In this document: in pieces, positions 61,835-64,000 of the stretch
Layout of the letters: each line of letters begins with the position of its first letter
Numbering within the stretch: the stretch's first letter is position 1
Origin: Cladosporium halotolerans
Lineage: Eukaryota
DNA length: 64,000 nucleotides
Reading direction: 5' to 3'
Assembly (NCBI RefSeq): GCF_011745625.1
Contig: NW_027191484.1
Coordinates: 1-64,000, forward strand
Notes under the pieces: model-generated
What the model was told of the DNA's origin: nothing
What the model saw: only the letters and a program-made list of their open reading frames with translations
The model's database searches: none
Position numbers and translations under genes: made by a program

Positions 61835-63181
61835 GTTGACTGATTAAGGTGGCTGGAGAGGAGGTGGCTGGTTGGGTATAGCGAGTGATGCTAGGAAAAG
61901 TCCTGAAGGCAGGTGATTATTGTATTGAACGTGCGACTGGTGCTGAAAGGCTGTTGTGCGATGATGGAAGTCGAGAGATGCCTGGACGATCCCTACCTTG
62001 ATATATACGTGCTCGCCGGCGCAGAGACTCCGCGCACATGGCATGCGTGCCGTCGCCATACAGCGCGCAGGCCGGCATCAGGATAGCAACATGTGCATCA
62101 CATCTCTTGGCCAAAAGGCTATGGGCTCACGTTGTGCTGATACCAAGGCGGCGATTGCATGGGGCCGACTTGGACGCACCGCAGTGGGAAGGCAGTGGGC
62201 GTCGCTTGTCTGCGGGAGGCTAGCCGGTCCCATCTGACGTCTTCTCATATCGAAGTGAGGCGTTGCCCGTAATAGCATCGTCCAAGGCCCTAGAGGTAAG
62301 AAAGCCTTGCTGCGCGGGCTTGGAATCAGCGCCATCGGCCGCCCTTGCTGATACCAAGAGGTCGGCCAAGCGTGCCAGCGCTGGTTCCGGCGCCACTAAG
62401 CCTGGGATGCATGGTGCACCGCATGTTGCACCGCAGGCGTGGCGGTGTGGATCGTCCGGAGTATTGGCTGCTAAGCTTGCGCCTCGCCCCAAAGCAGCAA
62501 GGCCGCTGATGATGAGCGACAGGGCGCAGCGGGGGCCCGCAAGGGTGTTTGTAGCCCTGCGCGCTGCTCTCGAGAATCCCGCCGCCGCGGATCCATGCGC
62601 GCACAAGGACACACACAAGACACGTTCGTCGCCGACAAAGAATGGTTAGGTGTGTGTGCGAGTGTGGAGCGAGACGTTGCACCGCACACGTGCAGCCTGC
62701 ATGTCGGCCACGACATTCTCCACACGCTGCGAAAACGCTCTCCCGCCTCCCAAGTCACCAAGTCAGAGACCTCGCGATCCCTAGCGCTCACGAGGCCCGA
62801 AACTTAAAATAGACACAGACGCCCTCAAAGTCCCATGGGTCCCCAGACGGACGCATGATATGCTCCGCTATTCTGCCTCCTGCCTGCGTCGGAGAATTAA
62901 CGCTGTGTCGGGCTTCCACTCGGGCTTCGGCTGACTGGGCTTTGTCGAGCGTGCGGCTGATCCGCGCCTCTTATGGGCGTGCGCGCGCAGTGCCGTCGCG
63001 AATACGCGAGCGTGAGGCGCGCCGCGGATGCAGGCGCGCGGCGAAATCGATCGACATCCTAGTCCGTCGTAGTCCCACGGCACGATACGCATAGGCGAAT
63101 GGAAGTGGCAGGTACCCTAGCCTTTACTCTACTTGACAGCTGCAGACACGCATGGCAATGCTGGCCTTGCCCAGGTCGCTC

Positions 63182-64000
63182 TCAGTGCGGACAGCGGTCG
63201 TTGCAAGGCTCGGTACACTCGAATCCCGTGTCATCCACCACGTTGTCGCAGAAGTACACCTTGGCGTCCCTCCCGTCGCCGGAGACCGTCAGTTCGTTGT
63301 CGAACAGCTCGATTCGCTCGCACGGCGCCGCGCCGCTGCAGTCGAGCGTGGCCACCTGGTCCCCCCGCACCGTGCCGCGAGCCTGGCCCCAATGCATGTC
63401 GGTGATTTTGAATCTCGACGTATCGCATCCGCCCGCGACGCCGTTATAGGACGTGCACTGCGTGATGCCCCAAGCGCGCTCCACGTTGTGCATCTGGAAG
63501 TCGCGGAAGGTGATGTTCCGGGCGTGGCCGAAGCCGCCACCTACATGACCGCATTGTCAGATGGGATTGCGTTTCGGAAAATACACACGCGCGGAAGCCA
63601 CGTACCTCCTCCATTGGGCGGATAGCCCGTGTTGACGCCGGTCCACTGCGCCGCGGTTAGCTGATATGTGGCACTGCGAGCAGCCTGGGCCCCAGCCCTA
63701 CTTACCGTCTTGATTCGGGCTCCCCAGATCGTGTCATATAGAACGATATTCTCGGCAGTCACGTTCTCGATCACGTTTATTTGCCCGGGGTATTGACCAA
63801 TGCTGCCCATGGCGAAGCTCAGACCACGGTAGAAGGTGCAGTTTGCAATATAGATGTTCGTCGAGTTCTGTTTCATGCTGATTGAGTCATCTCCGTTGTC
63901 GACGACCCACCTCAGGAAAGTGATATTGTTGGCGTAAACAGTCTTTGGTACCTGTCAGCACACAATGGCTTTCATCATGCGCGAGTCAGGATCAAGGTCT
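63182..64000 (-). CDS. GH28 pectinase, exo-type / RgxB-like (3' part; gene runs off the window)
   Basis: VDNGDDSISMK, GSIGQY, GARIKTWTG; introns 63646-63705 and 63541-63605, plus one crossing the window end. Confidence 0.88.

Noticed and set aside
46350..63705. Several in-frame stop-free introns (46350-46424, 46962-47054, 54071-54124, 63646-63705)
   Set aside because: With the 20194-20310 case, that is about 5 of roughly 40 introns, near what chance would give at this GC content. It is an annotation trap rather than evidence of a system.
1..64000. tRNA, rRNA, TPP riboswitch, transposase/RT, CRISPR
   Set aside because: No matching motifs seen by eye; tRNAscan-SE, Infernal and RepeatMasker would be needed to exclude them formally.

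Overview
Gene-dense eukaryotic DNA from a filamentous ascomycete. It has short GT-AG introns with CTRAC branch sites; a Dothideomycete-like origin is my inference. About 27 intron-containing protein genes can be supported: a ZrfC-type ZIP zinc transporter, a PAN/apple-like single-pass membrane protein, a WG/GW-rich unknown protein, HapB, mitoribosomal mL54, a She3-like coiled-coil protein, a C2H2 TF, an S53 sedolisin, PXMP4, Pta1, Coa3, the complex I 17.8-kDa subunit, Pmt4, a Baeyer-Villiger monooxygenase, a GFA protein, a Dep1/Sds3-like protein, Nop12, GT8, a Crh GH16, an MFS transporter, a histidine acid phosphatase, MAPEG, a secreted NTF2-like protein, a partial GH28 and three unknowns. I saw no intact transposon, RNA gene, CRISPR array or secondary-metabolite backbone gene. 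The most interesting signals are three. First, the ZIP transporter's N-terminal array of five CHxH..C modules is built from symmetric phase-2 exons, with introns at the same position in the motif, under overlapping PacC/ZafA-type sites. Second, an uncharacterised protein carries nine WG/GW (Argonaute-hook-like) motifs. Third, several regulatory motifs fit their genes: an Rlm1 box before Crh, a Puf3 element after the complex I subunit, and a CCAAT cluster before hapB. Exon boundaries were read by eye, and family names come from motif recognition, not database searches.
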